Shown here piece by piece: positions 49,785 to 62,368 of a stretch of 64,000 bases of DNA. Each line of letters begins with the position of its first letter. Within the stretch, counting starts at the first letter, position 1. The stretch is from Lama glama. Lineage: Eukaryota. A program made the translations under genes and the position numbers. The notes beneath the pieces were generated by a model. It saw only the letters and a list, made by a program, of their open reading frames with translations. It did not search any database and was not told where the DNA came from. The stretch is from contig CM052816.1 in assembly GCA_028534125.1 (NCBI GenBank), forward strand, positions 57,910,001 to 57,974,000. The letters run 5' to 3'.

Positions 49785-50849
49785 CTGCAGGCACAAAAAC
49801 ACAGACAAAAGAGGAGACCTTTAGCTTTTCCGGATTAAAACCGCCCGCCTGCTTCTGGGACAGCAGAGGCGTTGCCGCCCAGGGCACCAGGACTCTCCAC
49901 ACTGTCCTGGGAAACACAACTGGTGTTACTGAACGAGAGTGGCCGGCCCCAGCGGGCTCCTCCCAGAGCTGGGTCTGTGTGGTCCCGGCCCCGCGGGCTC
50001 GCACAACCCTCTGGTTGTCACGGTTGATCGCCAGGCTGCCTCTGAGCGTTAAGGGCGGTTTTCATCTGAGACAAGGGGTGGATGCCAGGAAAACTCGACA
50101 GGGCTCTCAACACTTCCTTTCTCATGGTAATTGGGGATGTTTCTCCCTATTGGCCTTTCTTCTGGTGAGGCCGGTGCTCAGATTAATTAGGAGCCCTATT
50201 GTGAAATGAATGACATCCAGAAACCCCAGCTAACAATTAGCCCAACAACCAGAATGTGTCTGAGGCGGGCTTACAGTCTGTTGGGGTATTCATTCATTCA
50301 TTCACTTGCTCACAGAAAAGTGCAGGTCCTGTGAGCAAATGAAGAGGGGGGAACAACTCTCCCTCTGGACACAGTGGCCACATTACCCCCTAAAGGCAAG
50401 CACAGTTGATGGAGAACAGGAAAGCAAGCTGCTGCGAGGAGGAAGGAGCCTGTCTAAGGACGGCTGACATTCTGCGGGGCTTTTGGCTCCTAATCCCTGG
50501 CTCCCTATACCTGAAAGGAACATCTTATGGCTGAAACAACCTCCAGCCAGAGTCGACTGAGGCCCACGGACGACTTTCTACAAGCTTCTCCCCACTCAGA
50601 CGAGGTGCAAGAGACCAGGCATATGTGTGGCCAGAGTGGTGATACGTGCTCTGCCAGTGGGTGAGGGACGGGGCAGCAGGGTGCCCCTCAGACAGGCCGG
50701 GGGCCGGGGAGAGACACATGGTTGGAAGGACAATGAAACTCTGGTAACAGGAGGAACTGGAATCTGAGGGAGACAGACACCAAAGGAGAGAATACGAGAG
50801 AGAATTCCAAAAAGCAACCACTTGCCAAGAAAATCGTTCTTCATAAAGC

Positions 50850-51510
50850 TAAAACAGAAGTTCTGTATGGCCTAGCAATTCCACTTTTAGCTGGGCTGAA
50901 AGTAGGGACTGGAAATGATACTTGTATGCCGATGTTCACGGCAGCGGTATTCACAATAGTCAAAAGGTGGGGACAACCCAGGTGTCCACTGATGGGTAAA
51001 CAAAATATGGTATTATCCATACAACAGAATATTATTCGGCCATAAAAAAGGAGTGAATTCTGCTACATGCATCAACATGAACTTTGAAAACACTATGCCA
51101 AGTAAAATAAGCCAGACACTAAAGGACAACTGCTGTATGATTCCACTTCCATGAACTACCTCAAATAGACTAGTTCATAGAGTCAGAGAGCAGATGAGAG
51201 ATTACCAGAGGCTGAGGGAGAGAGAATGGGGAGTTACTGCTTAATGGGTACTGACTTCCTCTTTGGGGTGACGAAAAAGTTTTGGAAATACTGGTGATGT
51301 TGGAAGACACTGTGAATATAATTAATACCACTGAACTGCGTACATCTAGTAATGGTTGAAATGGCAAATTTTATGGTTCTTACACATATTTTACCAGAAA
51401 TTTTTTTAAATTAATACTGCAATGTATCAAAAACTATTGAATAGCACACTTTAAATGGGTGAATTGTATGGCATGTGAATTATATCTCAACAAAGATGTT
51501 AAGAAAAAAA
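50850..51510 (+). mobile_element. Old LINE-1 3' fragment (L1MB-like)
   Basis: ctagcaattccactt...tattcacaatagtcaaaaggtgg...gtatggcatgtgaattatatctcaacaaag plus A-tail. Confidence 0.82.
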
Positions 51511-51699
51511 GAAGGCAGCTTTAGTGAGGGCTTTTTTTTTCTTTATATCATCAAGGACCAGACGTACTACAGAAACAGAATATGCTGAAATACTTAACAC
51601 CATCGCATTGACAAGCCCATTTTCCTCCATTGTCTTATCTTTCTTAGTAGTTACTATGTATCAGTAAAGCTATGTAAGAAGTGGAAGAAACCCAAACTA

Positions 51700-51915
51700 A
51701 ACAATAATGGTGTCAGGCACTGTTCAAGCACCTCAGAAGGAATAACTCACTTAACTCCTAGAACAGCTCTGACACAGGTACCACAAATGTCCCCTTTTAC
51801 TGTTGAGGACAATAAAGTGTATAGACAAGAACTGACCAGCCCCAAGTCACACAACTGGAAGTGGTCAAGCCAGGACCTTCACCCAGGCTCTCGAGTCCTC
51901 CACTTTACTGCTCTG
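51700..51915 (-). mobile_element. MIR SINE (degraded)
   Basis: tgtcaggcactgttcaagcac...ccccttttactgttgagga...cccaagtcacacaactggaagtgg. Confidence 0.65.
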
Positions 51916-52814
51916 TGGACCTGGATTTGGCAAAACAGACACGGTACAGACGTTGAATGCCGAAGGAGAGCTTGGGAAAAATCCAAAGGAATAAAATCAG
52001 AGATATGCTTAAAGAAGCAAGAGGCCAGAAAGCATTAAGAGAAGGATATTGGCCAAAAGAAGAAAACAAAAAAAGCAAAGTTGGCAGAACACCCACATAA
52101 AAGAAGGTAAAATTGAGGGAAAGTATATAATATTTTACTCCAAATGCCTGAAAATGAAGAAACTCCAAATAGAACAATGTCATACAGTTTGCACAGCAGA
52201 GGACTCAGCCTCAAGAAAAACAATTCCACTAAGCCATGGGAAAGAACGTTAATTTACTGTGAATACCGAAGTCTGTAATTTACTGGATGTGGCTTTTTGG
52301 CTTAGTCGGTTTTGCTTTTGACAAGCATGTGCATTTCAAGCTTAAGCAAAAGAACATCAAACTGAGTAAGCAAATGATAAAAAGACGATCAGCAAAACGT
52401 AGAAAACCATTCCTTTTCTAGGTCCCTCCTTCAGTGGCCCCCTTGAAACAAAGACTTAAGAAGCTTCAAAGCCACTGCGCTGAGACAAAATTAAGCAGAA
52501 GCATAAGGCTATGGAGAAATGAATGTTCATTGCCTTGATCGTACTTTTGATGTGACTGTTTTCAACCCACAAAGACTCAGGGAGCACAAGGCCAAGGCAA
52601 GACTGTGGTCGTGCTTATCCTCTAGGAACCTCAGAAGTAGACCGAGCAAGGTACACAGAAGTGGCTCCCTCCTCAGAGCTCTGTTCTCTCCTAAGTGACC
52701 TACACAGCGCCCAGACCCCGCAAGCTGCACCCGTTCAAGCACGGCTGCCCAGCACCCCTCCCCCAGACACGCAGCAAGGATGCCTGCTCTCCAGGCCCGG
52801 AAGCGGATTCTTAC

Positions 52815-53320
52815 CATCCTCGAGAACTTCCTTTCCTCTTTGGCTTCATCGCTTGCAAACAAAACAAATGCCATGTGACAGCTGCCGTTTACCTCTACTC
52901 CTTCCAAGTCAGTTTTTGGACCTGTTTGCTCAGAAACTCAACCAAAGATGTCTCTTCTCTCCGTCTTTGGAAATACTGACAGCAGTGGCACAGACGTGCA
53001 CCCAGATACCATGGCTGCTCCTTGAACAAAAGCCTTTTTATAGGATTGGATTTGAATAAAGGAGGGGATTTAAAGAGAGAGAAGCTTCAAGCTCTTGTCA
53101 CAGCCAACTGTTGGCCAGATTCTCACCCCGAACGATGTAACCAGGGGCCGGGCCTTGCTGGCATCTGGCAAAGCCAGGGCTGCAAGAGGGGCTGGTGTGC
53201 CCTGCCCCAGCCCCCGCCTCCCGGTGGGATGTCAGCTCTCCTGGCGGCAGGCAGCAGGCGGCAGGCGGCTCCGGGCTCAGGCTGCTGGGACGCTCACAAA
53301 GTCGCATATTTGGGGAATGT
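52815..53320 (-). promoter_or_regulatory. Candidate internal MAP1B promoter and alternative first exon in intron 2
   Basis: Minus-strand TATAAAAAGG (53042-53033), CArG-like CCAAATATGC (53313-53304), MCAT CATTCC (53319-53314), GC-rich 53140-53300, donor ATG|GTAAGA at 52815/52814. Confidence 0.5.
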
Positions 53321-54035
53321 TTCACACTGGGAAACAGGCCAGGCATTATGAAGGAGAGGCCACCACCCTCGCCTGCAAAGGTCTCATTCAGTTGCTTCAG
53401 AAAAGAAGTTCCCAGGAAAGAAAGACAACACAGTCGCAGCCTCTCTCTTCACCATTGTAGCCTGCATTCTCCAGAAACAGCTCACAGGGAACCCGTGAGG
53501 CGGCCCTGTTGAATAGCCAAGTCTCCTCAGCACTGGTCTGGGGGAAGCAAACGCAGGGGCTTGAGATGGACCGACTGTGCCCCTCACTCCCTTGGCAAGA
53601 AAGAGCCTTGAGGGCTTCCCCACAGAACTCGGGGCAGTTGTGAGGCTCGGTCCTGGGCAGCAGGGAGGGCGCTGCTATGTGACAGAAAGGGGTCTGCTCC
53701 ACCCTGGAATCAAAAGAGGAAGGTCTGGGGACCCCTGGAGCAGCAGGGCCCGTGCACACAATGAGACTTTTGTGCGTGCACTCCAGAAGGCTGTGCCTGA
53801 AACTCACACAAGCCTGTGCTTCCCAGTTGTTGTTGGGCTTTTTTCAATTATTGAAAATCTGACAGATTAACTCAATCTATGTGTTTTTTAAGATTGGACT
53901 GTTCTACTAGTTTATGTTTTACTATATCCAGGTGACTTTTAAATCTCTGAAAACAATGTTATTTTCTAGGTATACAATTTTTATGATGCTTAAAAGGTCT
54001 CTTCTCCACAGAGTTTAATTTATTATTCATCTAAA

Positions 54036-54036
<1 letters not shown>

Positions 54037-54082
<46 letters not shown>

Positions 54083-54088
54083 ACACAC
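54037..54088. repeat. (AC)20-TC-(AC)5 microsatellite
   Basis: Direct reading. Confidence 0.95.
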
Positions 54089-56039
54089 CACACAGGCTGT
54101 CTCCTGGTTTTGGAAGGGGCTGACCATGGCTAAACTGAAAAACACTCACTCCTGATCAACAGCTATAACCAAGCCCCATACAACTCAGAGCCTTCTAGCC
54201 TGCACACAGCTGGCCCTCCGCTCCCACACACGTCAGCCCCAAGACGCAGTGGCCCGGGAGGCGGCAGCATCTCTGCTGGGGTCCCAGCAACACCAGCAAG
54301 GGTCTCAGCCCAGGCAGGTAGCTGCTTAGTCAGACAGGCAAGTGCAAAGGAGAGAATTCTGGGCCCCAGGTGCAGAAGCATCAAGAGACGGGAGAAGACC
54401 TGTGATGAAAAGAATAACTAGTAATGCTAAAAGCTTTTAAATCATCTTTAAAAGGCCGATAACTGCATGTCTTGAAGGTGAACGTGTAATTTCCATTTCC
54501 ATTAATGACCACAGTCCAGAACTTTATCCCTACCCCTTGTTTTTCTTGAAAAACACACACACACTTGCAAACACAATCTAGAAGTGGATACTGAAAAATA
54601 AAGGAAGCTTCCATATCTATTCAGTACAGAACGGTGAAGGTGAAGCGGGTCCTGACTCACTGATACGGATGGAGCGGTAACCAGGACAGAGTCAGAGTCG
54701 GACGTCTGTGCACAAGCGCCGTCGGCCCACCTGCCCCCTGGTTCCTGCTGCTGCCCCGTCTTCACCCACCAGGTCCTCTGGCCCCTGCCCTGGTGAAAAC
54801 CAGAGTGTACTCTTTGGAAGAGTAATTTTATACATGATCCAGCACTAGAAAAATATCCAGTGTGAACAAGCAGAAATCTTAGGGTTACAGAAGATTCTAG
54901 AGTTAGAAAGGGAAATGCATGGGGTAAAGAAGGCCTAGGATCATTCAGCCAGACGTAGGGTTTGGCAGGCCCCAAGCACAGAATGCCTCAAGGTCAAAGT
55001 CCGCTTTCCACAGAGGGAAGGGAAGCAGGGAGGAAAGACAGAAAAATGAAAGCAATCAGAGTTCTCCAACTCCAGCTCTTCACCCAAGCGGATTTTTGAG
55101 GAGGAAGCCTCTCTCCTCCAACCCCCAAGGGCGAAAAACAGCCCCCAGGGGAAGATTCAGCTCTGAAAGCAAGAAGCAGACGGTACTCAGGGCAGAACTA
55201 GAAGTTCGTTACCAACAGGCCCCCCAGCAGCCTTCAATAGCAGCTTTAATTAGGAATAATGTCCAGGCCTCCTTTCTGCAGGAATCCACATAGTAAAGCA
55301 GATGTGCTGAGAGAGGTTTGAAGGGAAAGGCAGCCGGGGGGGGGGGGATGCCTGCGTCAGCCGCCTTCTAGTGACTCTTCCTCCCAGCGGCCTCACAGAA
55401 GTCCTTCCATCCCTCGTGACTGACACCAGGGCACAGGGCAGGCCGAGGCCCGGCCTGAGTGGCGGGAAGGTGTCGGCCAGGCTGCCTTCTCAGAGGGAGG
55501 AAAGGAGGAGCAAGTCCGGGGGCTGCACAAGCAGCACAGGGTGGGTTCCCAGGAGCCTCTGATGGTCCTCCCTGTGCTCCTGTGCTCCCACCTCGTCGCT
55601 GCTAAGAGGGGAAACAGAGAGAGAAAGGGTGGATGTGGGTTCCAGGGTCACAGTGCTTCTGCGAGGACGCAGTGAGCAGAGTCCCTCCCAGGTGCCCCAG
55701 CACGAGGGCTCAGAGGACGATCCAGGAGGAGGGCTCAGGAGCCCACCTAACAGAGCCAGAGCCTCCCCTGGTTTCTTGGAGTAAGAAGTCACCTCAGCCC
55801 AGAGGGAGAAGGTGAACACGGGGCAGGCAAAGAACTCAGCCCCTAGTCCTGCCCACTGAGGCGCCCTTGAAAAAACAAAGGTGCTGGGAGACTGTATCTC
55901 CTGATCCCACAGTCCCCAAAGACCAACAGCGTCAGCACAGGACAGAGATGACAGCTTCCCTCCCCAGGGAAGTAACCTCCCGCCGCTGGAGGGAGCTGGT
56001 TCCCCAGGGCCCTCACACATCAAAATCAACTCCTTATCT

Positions 56040-56160
56040 TTTGTTTATCTATTTTATATATAGTAGTTAGTATCCACAAATCCCAGACTCCTACTGTACA
56101 GCACAGGGAACTATATTCAATACCTTGTAATGGCCTATAATGAAAAAGAATATGAAAAGG

Positions 56161-56191
<31 letters not shown>

Positions 56192-56257
56192 GAGTCACTA
56201 TGCTGTATAGCAGAAATTAACACAACATTGTAAATCAACTATACTTGAATTAAAAAA
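56040..56257 (+). mobile_element. Short 5'-inverted (twin-primed) cetartiodactyl L1 3'-UTR insertion with 18-bp TSD
   Basis: 56040-56091 is antisense L1 3' UTR; 56089-56257 is sense with poly-A; TSD aaaatcaactccttatct (56022-56039) and aaaatcaactctttatct (56258-56275). Confidence 0.88.
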
Positions 56258-59017
56258 AAAATCAACTCTTTATCTCTCAGCTCTTGCAGCTCTCAGCCTG
56301 GGGCTGGGAAGTGGGGACCCTTTCTAGGCTGAGTGTCCCAGAGGCAATGGGGAACACAGGTGGGAAGACAGCAGAAGCGTAACCCAGCCCTGCAGGCTGG
56401 TTTTCAGGTCACACACGTGCGGAAGCACCTTCCATACGCTTCATGCTGTCCCACCTGGATCAAAAAATACCTAAATATGAGGCAAATACATGGAAGTGAG
56501 AACATCCAACTCTGATCATGGGAGAGCCCATCACAAGAATGCAGCGGTAAACCCTTTGGCACGTAGAGGGCTTCAGAGTTTCTAAAGCATTTTGTTATTT
56601 GGGGTAGTGCCTTGTTTAATCGTCACAACACTCCTGTGACATAAACAGTCTTTGCCCCTCTTCATGGACCAAAGTTCCAAGGTCTAGTGACTTGCCCAAG
56701 GCCACACAGTATAGGAGCGCAGGACTAGGACCCATGTCACACGCCATGCAGCCACTCATGGCCAAGGCTGTGACATTATTATTTTCTCCTAATCCACCTC
56801 ATCCAAAATAAAGGTTTTCAAGTTGTGATGCCAAGATTCTCCTTTGTATGAGGTAAACATGCAGCCTGGGTCAGCCACTGGTCAGCCAACGCCTACTCAA
56901 TCATTCACCCTCTAGCCGGCAAGCTGGCCTCCCACACACACCACAAGGCCAATTCCCTCTTTGTTTCTGCTGAACAATCAGAGCCCAGTTCTCTCCCACC
57001 TTTCCCCTGCTATTCCTGGAAATGGCATTTCTTTTCTGTTGGAAATATTTTGTTTGTTTGTTTCTGCATTTGTTTCAACTCTGATGTGTGTTCTGGAATG
57101 TTATACCGTTCTCTAAATTGTCAGTGTTCATTTGTTTGTTTTAGAGAACTCAAGTTCCATTATAAATAAGTTCAGGAGACTTCATATTTTTTTTTTTAAT
57201 TTAAGTAAGTTGATCATTGCTTGGGATTTTAAAAAAAAAAAAACTTAAATATCTTTTGTTGTTACAGAGAATTTAGTTATTATACAATCTGAATTTATAC
57301 CTATTTTTCCTCTACATTTCCTGGACTGAACTGTTTCTTTTTTGTTATCGTTTGGTTTGGTGTTTCATGTGTCTGCTAGTTCTTCCACCCCATCCTTCTC
57401 CTAGGTTCTCTGCCATCTTATGCGTTATGTTTCCCTGACCTTTAGATGCCCAGATAAGCAAGCAGCCCAAACCAACCAGACTTCCAAGCTCCCTCCTTGT
57501 CCCAAATGTGTTCACGGCACACAGATGCAGGCAAACCCAACCTTCGAGTGCCAGGCAGGTCCTCTCATTCCTGGGGGCAGAAGGAGTCGCCTGCATTTCC
57601 ATCCCATCCTGCTCTGGCTGCTCACACGAGGAGCTCAGGATGTGGGGAGACGGGATGCCAGTGGGCAACCAGCCTGATTCCTTCTGCAGGGTTCTTAGTG
57701 TACCCTCTCTCTGCAGGGCTTTGTCCTACCACTCTTCTCCTAGGTTCTCTTCTTCCCTTCTCCCACTCCCCCTTTTTAAAGGTCTCAAGGCAGAGGAACA
57801 AGAAACCAGGCTATCAAGGGTTAGAAGTGGGAGACAGTGGAAGAAAGACATCCCTATTTTAAGCCCTGGCTAAAAGAAGTAGAAATAAATCTCACAGATG
57901 GTGTTGCTAGAAGCCTGACTTTCTGGAGGACATCTAAAAAGACACTGTAGCGCCCAAAGTTGGCACCAGCTAAGGGTGATAACCTGAAGGTTGTTTCTTT
58001 AAAAATGTCCAGGTGCGACAGACTAAAACAAAAAAGTACACCTAGTGAAAGGCAATGTATTAACCTGTCAGGGGAGCCAACTCCAGGTCTCGTGAAAAAG
58101 AGATCAACATCTACCTAGCACTTTACCATCTGCAAAGCACTTTCCTCTGTGTTCATGCATTTACACTTTGATAAAGGTGTTTCAAGTCTATGAACCTGGT
58201 CCTCTGGGCTACAGCAAGGTCGGGGGTTTGAGTACCCTGTTCTGAACAAAACCTGCTGCCGACAAAGAAAAATACATTTGCTCCTCATACACAAGACAGG
58301 AGTCCCTTCTGCTTCTAAGATGCAAGGAGTCTAACAGCCAAAGAGGAAACCTCCTACCCATGAGCCTCGAGAAGAACTTGCCAGTCCTGTGGTAGAAGGA
58401 ACCAGAATTTCCTCATCTCACAGAATGGGGGGACCCAAAGGAGCCCTGGTGCCACCCCACCCACCCCCCATGTCCGTCCACAGGAGAGAAAGCCGCAGCG
58501 GTCAGTCACAGTTGTGTTTGTAACGGATGCAAAAGGCAATTCCTACGCACATTGTGACAATTCTATCTGGGGATATGTGCTAAAATACTAACATTACCTT
58601 TCATTTGTGATGTACTTCATGGTTTATAAAATCTTTTTATTTGCATGTTAGAGCATCATAAAGATCAACTGTTACAATTATTCCTTTTTTACAGATGGGG
58701 AAATTGAAGCTGATGAAGCAGGTTGTTTAGTAAGAGTTAGCTGTCTAATCCAGCATCACAGAGATAAAATAAGCTGTTGAACTCAGTTTTAAATCAAGCC
58801 TAGCTGAATCCTGACTCCTACTCTTGTCACTGCCTCACAGTGCTTCTCAGATTGTTTTAGGAGTTCACAAAGCCCAAATCCTTACTTTTTAAAAACAAGG
58901 TTTATCTGAGCTATATTTTCTTCCATATATGATAGAGTACGCCTAGAATTTGGAACCTAGGTTTGGGAATTCTTTGTTTTGAGGGGTACCTGCCATGTGC
59001 CAAGTACCCTGCCAAGA

Positions 59018-59095
59018 ATTATGTTAAACCATAAGGTTGCCAATATCAGTTACTTTTTAACTCAAAAATAACATTTTCCTATGGTTCAACAATTA
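59018..59095. mobile_element. MADE2-like mariner MITE
   Basis: attatgttaaaccata...tatggttcaacaatta imperfect palindrome of ~78 bp. Confidence 0.7.
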
Positions 59096-59429
59096 GACCT
59101 CACTTTCTTGAGATCAGAGTAAGTTTCAGAGAATGTTTTTTAATCTTACTGGTCTTTTCCTGCCTTTGTAAGAAATGTTACATTCCCTGTTTATTAGGAC
59201 AACGTGGCTTACTTAGAGAACACAGTTTTCTTAAGGTTAACTTGGGCAAATTAGTGCTACCTTCATAAACTAGCACTGAGATTAAAACATGAATGGGATG
59301 CTATCCCTACCTCAAAGGGAAGAGAGTTTAATGGGGACACTGGAGTTTTGACAGCATCTAATTTGGAAGATGTAAGTGAGAAGTGTCTGATACACAGTAG
59401 GAGCTCAATCAATATTTGATAAAGGAATG

Positions 59430-59670
59430 AATAATAAAAATGGCTAAGACAGATTGAACAGCTGCCCGGGGTCAGGCACTGATCTAAGTTATTTATGTGC
59501 AGTTATCGCATTTAATCTGCACATCAACCCTATGAGAAAGTCATTACTCCCACTTTACAGAAGAGGAGAATGAGGCAGAGGGCAGTTAAGCAACAGCCCA
59601 AGGAAGTATTAATGAAGCTAGGATGGAAACCTGGGTGGTTAGTGTCCAAAGCCGAGGCTCTTAGCCATTA
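59430..59670 (-). mobile_element. MIR SINE
   Basis: gtcaggcactgatctaag...caaccctatgaga...ccactttacagaagaggagaatgaggcagag. Confidence 0.75.
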
Positions 59671-60276
59671 AGTCATTTTAAAAGGGAGGAGGGAAGACCA
59701 AAGACAGTTTGATTCAGGGCCTGCTGAGCCTGACGTCTCTCCTGTGGGAGAGCCAGGTGGCTCTGTCCAGTGGGCAGGCAGAGACGTGGATCTGATGCTT
59801 GGGCCATAGGCGGACCAGAAGCCCAGGTCTGGGAGGCACCAGCATATTTTAAGTAATGCTCTTGGAGAACACAGAAAGAGCCTTTTGCTGAGAACAGTTT
59901 TGGGAAAATGCCACTATTTCATGTGTGGCCAAAAGCAGAAAAGAGCTTGTGAAGGTGACAGAGAAAAACATGAGAGAAGTGATGGTGCATGGTCTTCTCT
60001 GGTCACCTTCTCCCCCGGCCCAAGGTGACCTGTAACTTCAGTGCTGTCCTGATTTACAAACTTAAACCACCTCCACACAGAGGAGAGTCGAGGTAGAATG
60101 TTCCAAAGACGTTACATAATCCCGTAATAACTAGCACCTGCTTTGCAAATTCAACCCAGAGCATACTCACTTTGACCTATGATTTCACTGCCGCGATACA
60201 CTGCTTAGCCCATGGGCATGGCTTTATTTTCTGTCTGGGAGACATATGCCTGGTGGGGGGGAAAGACTGTAGGCTG

Positions 60277-60455
60277 GCAGTTCTTAAGAGTGTAATATTC
60301 CCTACTGTCACCTGAGAAGTTAATAAAAATGCAGATGTGCATGGCCCACCCTCACACGGTCTGATTCAGGAGGGGTGGGTGGGGTTTGGGACTCCGCGTT
60401 TCTGTGATTTCTCAGGTGATTCTGATGGGTCGGTGCTCCCTTCTTTGAGAAACAA
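60277..60455. mobile_element. MER5-like hAT-Charlie element
   Basis: cacctgagaagttaataaaaatgcagat...tctcaggtgattctgatg...tttgagaaac. Confidence 0.65.
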
Positions 60456-61209
60456 GACAGTATAGATGCTGAACATGCTATCCATCAGCTTAATAAGTTA
60501 CCTTATTTTAAATCATCCTCACATCATTTTTATGTATTACTATCTTAAGGTCTGAACAGACTCTAGAATTATTTCCTCTGAGAGCAAATGTGATCATTAA
60601 AGGTTCAAACAACTTTTCCCAGTAAGGATCAATTCTCAGAATCATTTGACAGTTTTATCTGACATTTAATTTGCGATCAAACTCCTGCCATTGATCAAAT
60701 CCAGGGAAACGGTTGACCTTTCACCCTCATCTGTTACTATTCAAAACCAAATCATCACACTACTCAACCTCTTTAAGCCAGCTGCCTTAAAAACAAAAAT
60801 TAAATTGGTCCTTTCTGTATTGGCTGTTAAAAAGGAAATTAAAAAAAAGAAAGAAAAATACAAATAGCTGACATAACATACATCACATCTACTATCTAAT
60901 CATTACCAGCCTTGGGAGCTTAGCCCTGCACCAGGGAGAAACAGCATGAGTGGGATTTTTCCCAGTAACGTCCCAAGGGGGCAATGCTACCCGCAGTGAC
61001 AGTGCCAGACTGGGCACAGCAACCAGCTTGGTGATCTGCCAGGAGGGGCTTAAGGTCAAGATCCTGACCTGGAAGTATGAGGCTCAAGGGACCTGAGAGT
61101 TGGTCTCAGCTAAAGTGGTACCTCAGCTGCCACCATCTGTAGCAAGTAATAGAAAGGTGGACACTCCGTCTTATGTTCTAGCTGGTGTGAGTAACCCTGG
61201 TCATATCCG

Positions 61210-61740
61210 TTTTTTTTTTAAATTGAAGTATAGTTGATTTGATTTACAATGTTGTGGTAGTTTCTGGTGTACAGCATAGTGATTCAGTTATACATCTATA
61301 TATAAATATATAGTTACACATCTATATATATATATATATATATATTCTTTTTCATTGTCGGTTACTACCAGATATTGAATACAGTTACCTGTGCTATACA
61401 GTAGGTTCTTGTTATTTATCTGTTTTACACTGAGTAGTTTGTATCTGCAAATTCCGAACTCCCAGTTTATCCCTCCCCACCCCTTCCCTCTTTGGTAACC
61501 GTAAGTTTGTTTTCTATGTCTGTGAGTCTCTTTCTGTTTTATAAATAAGTTCATTTGTCATTTTTCTAGATTCCACATATAAATGATATATGATAATTTG
61601 TCTTTCTGTCTGACTTAATTCACTTAGTATGACTGTCTGCAGGTCTATCCATGTTGCTGCAAATGGTATTATTTCATCCTTTTTTTAATGGCTGAGCAGT
61701 ATTCCATTGTGTGTGTGTGTGTGTGTGTGTATCTCACAAC
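61210..61740 (-). mobile_element. Cetartiodactyl-type LINE-1 3' UTR fragment
   Basis: Poly-T then aaattgaagtatagttgatt; tttggtaaccgtaagtttgttttctatgtctgtgagtc; internal (TA)n and (TG)n tracts. Confidence 0.9.
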
Positions 61741-62368
61741 TTCAACTTTATTTATATGTAAATAAAAAGGAAATGCTGTCTAGCTCTTTTTGTGTGATTA
61801 GGGCCAAAAAATATTCAAAAGTGTCAGGTGTTGTTTTTTCCACAAGTGCACTGTTTTTTGCCTCTGGTCATTTAGCCACCCCTTAAGATTCCTTAAATAA
61901 TTAAAATAGGGCATCATCAGGAAGATTTCATCTTGATTTTATATTCAACTACAAGGTCTTCACAAGGTCACTGTGAACAGGGTGCCCCTGCATGTTCCCA
62001 TACCACATCTGACCTTCTGTGGGAGATTGTGGCTGGATGACTACATCTGCAGAATTAGGAAATTTTCATGTAGGAAACAAGGAATAAATTCAGGACCATG
62101 TAATTCATGTTTACTTAACAGAGATTTGTTTTTGACATGATTCAATCAAATCTGGCTAAGGGGCATTTTGAGGCACTGGTAAATGTATTCTGTACCAACA
62201 GAGGTAGCTCCCCTGAAAAAAAACAAGCCCAAAACCTATGATGCAGAAGTGATTCCAAAAGGTAGTCAGTCAAGCAAATCCTACCCTCTTCGATCATTTT
62301 TTAAGAAAGACTCTGAAATTCCAGTTTAGGAAAGTTCAAGGAGGAAGGTAGGCAAATCAGGGACTTTG

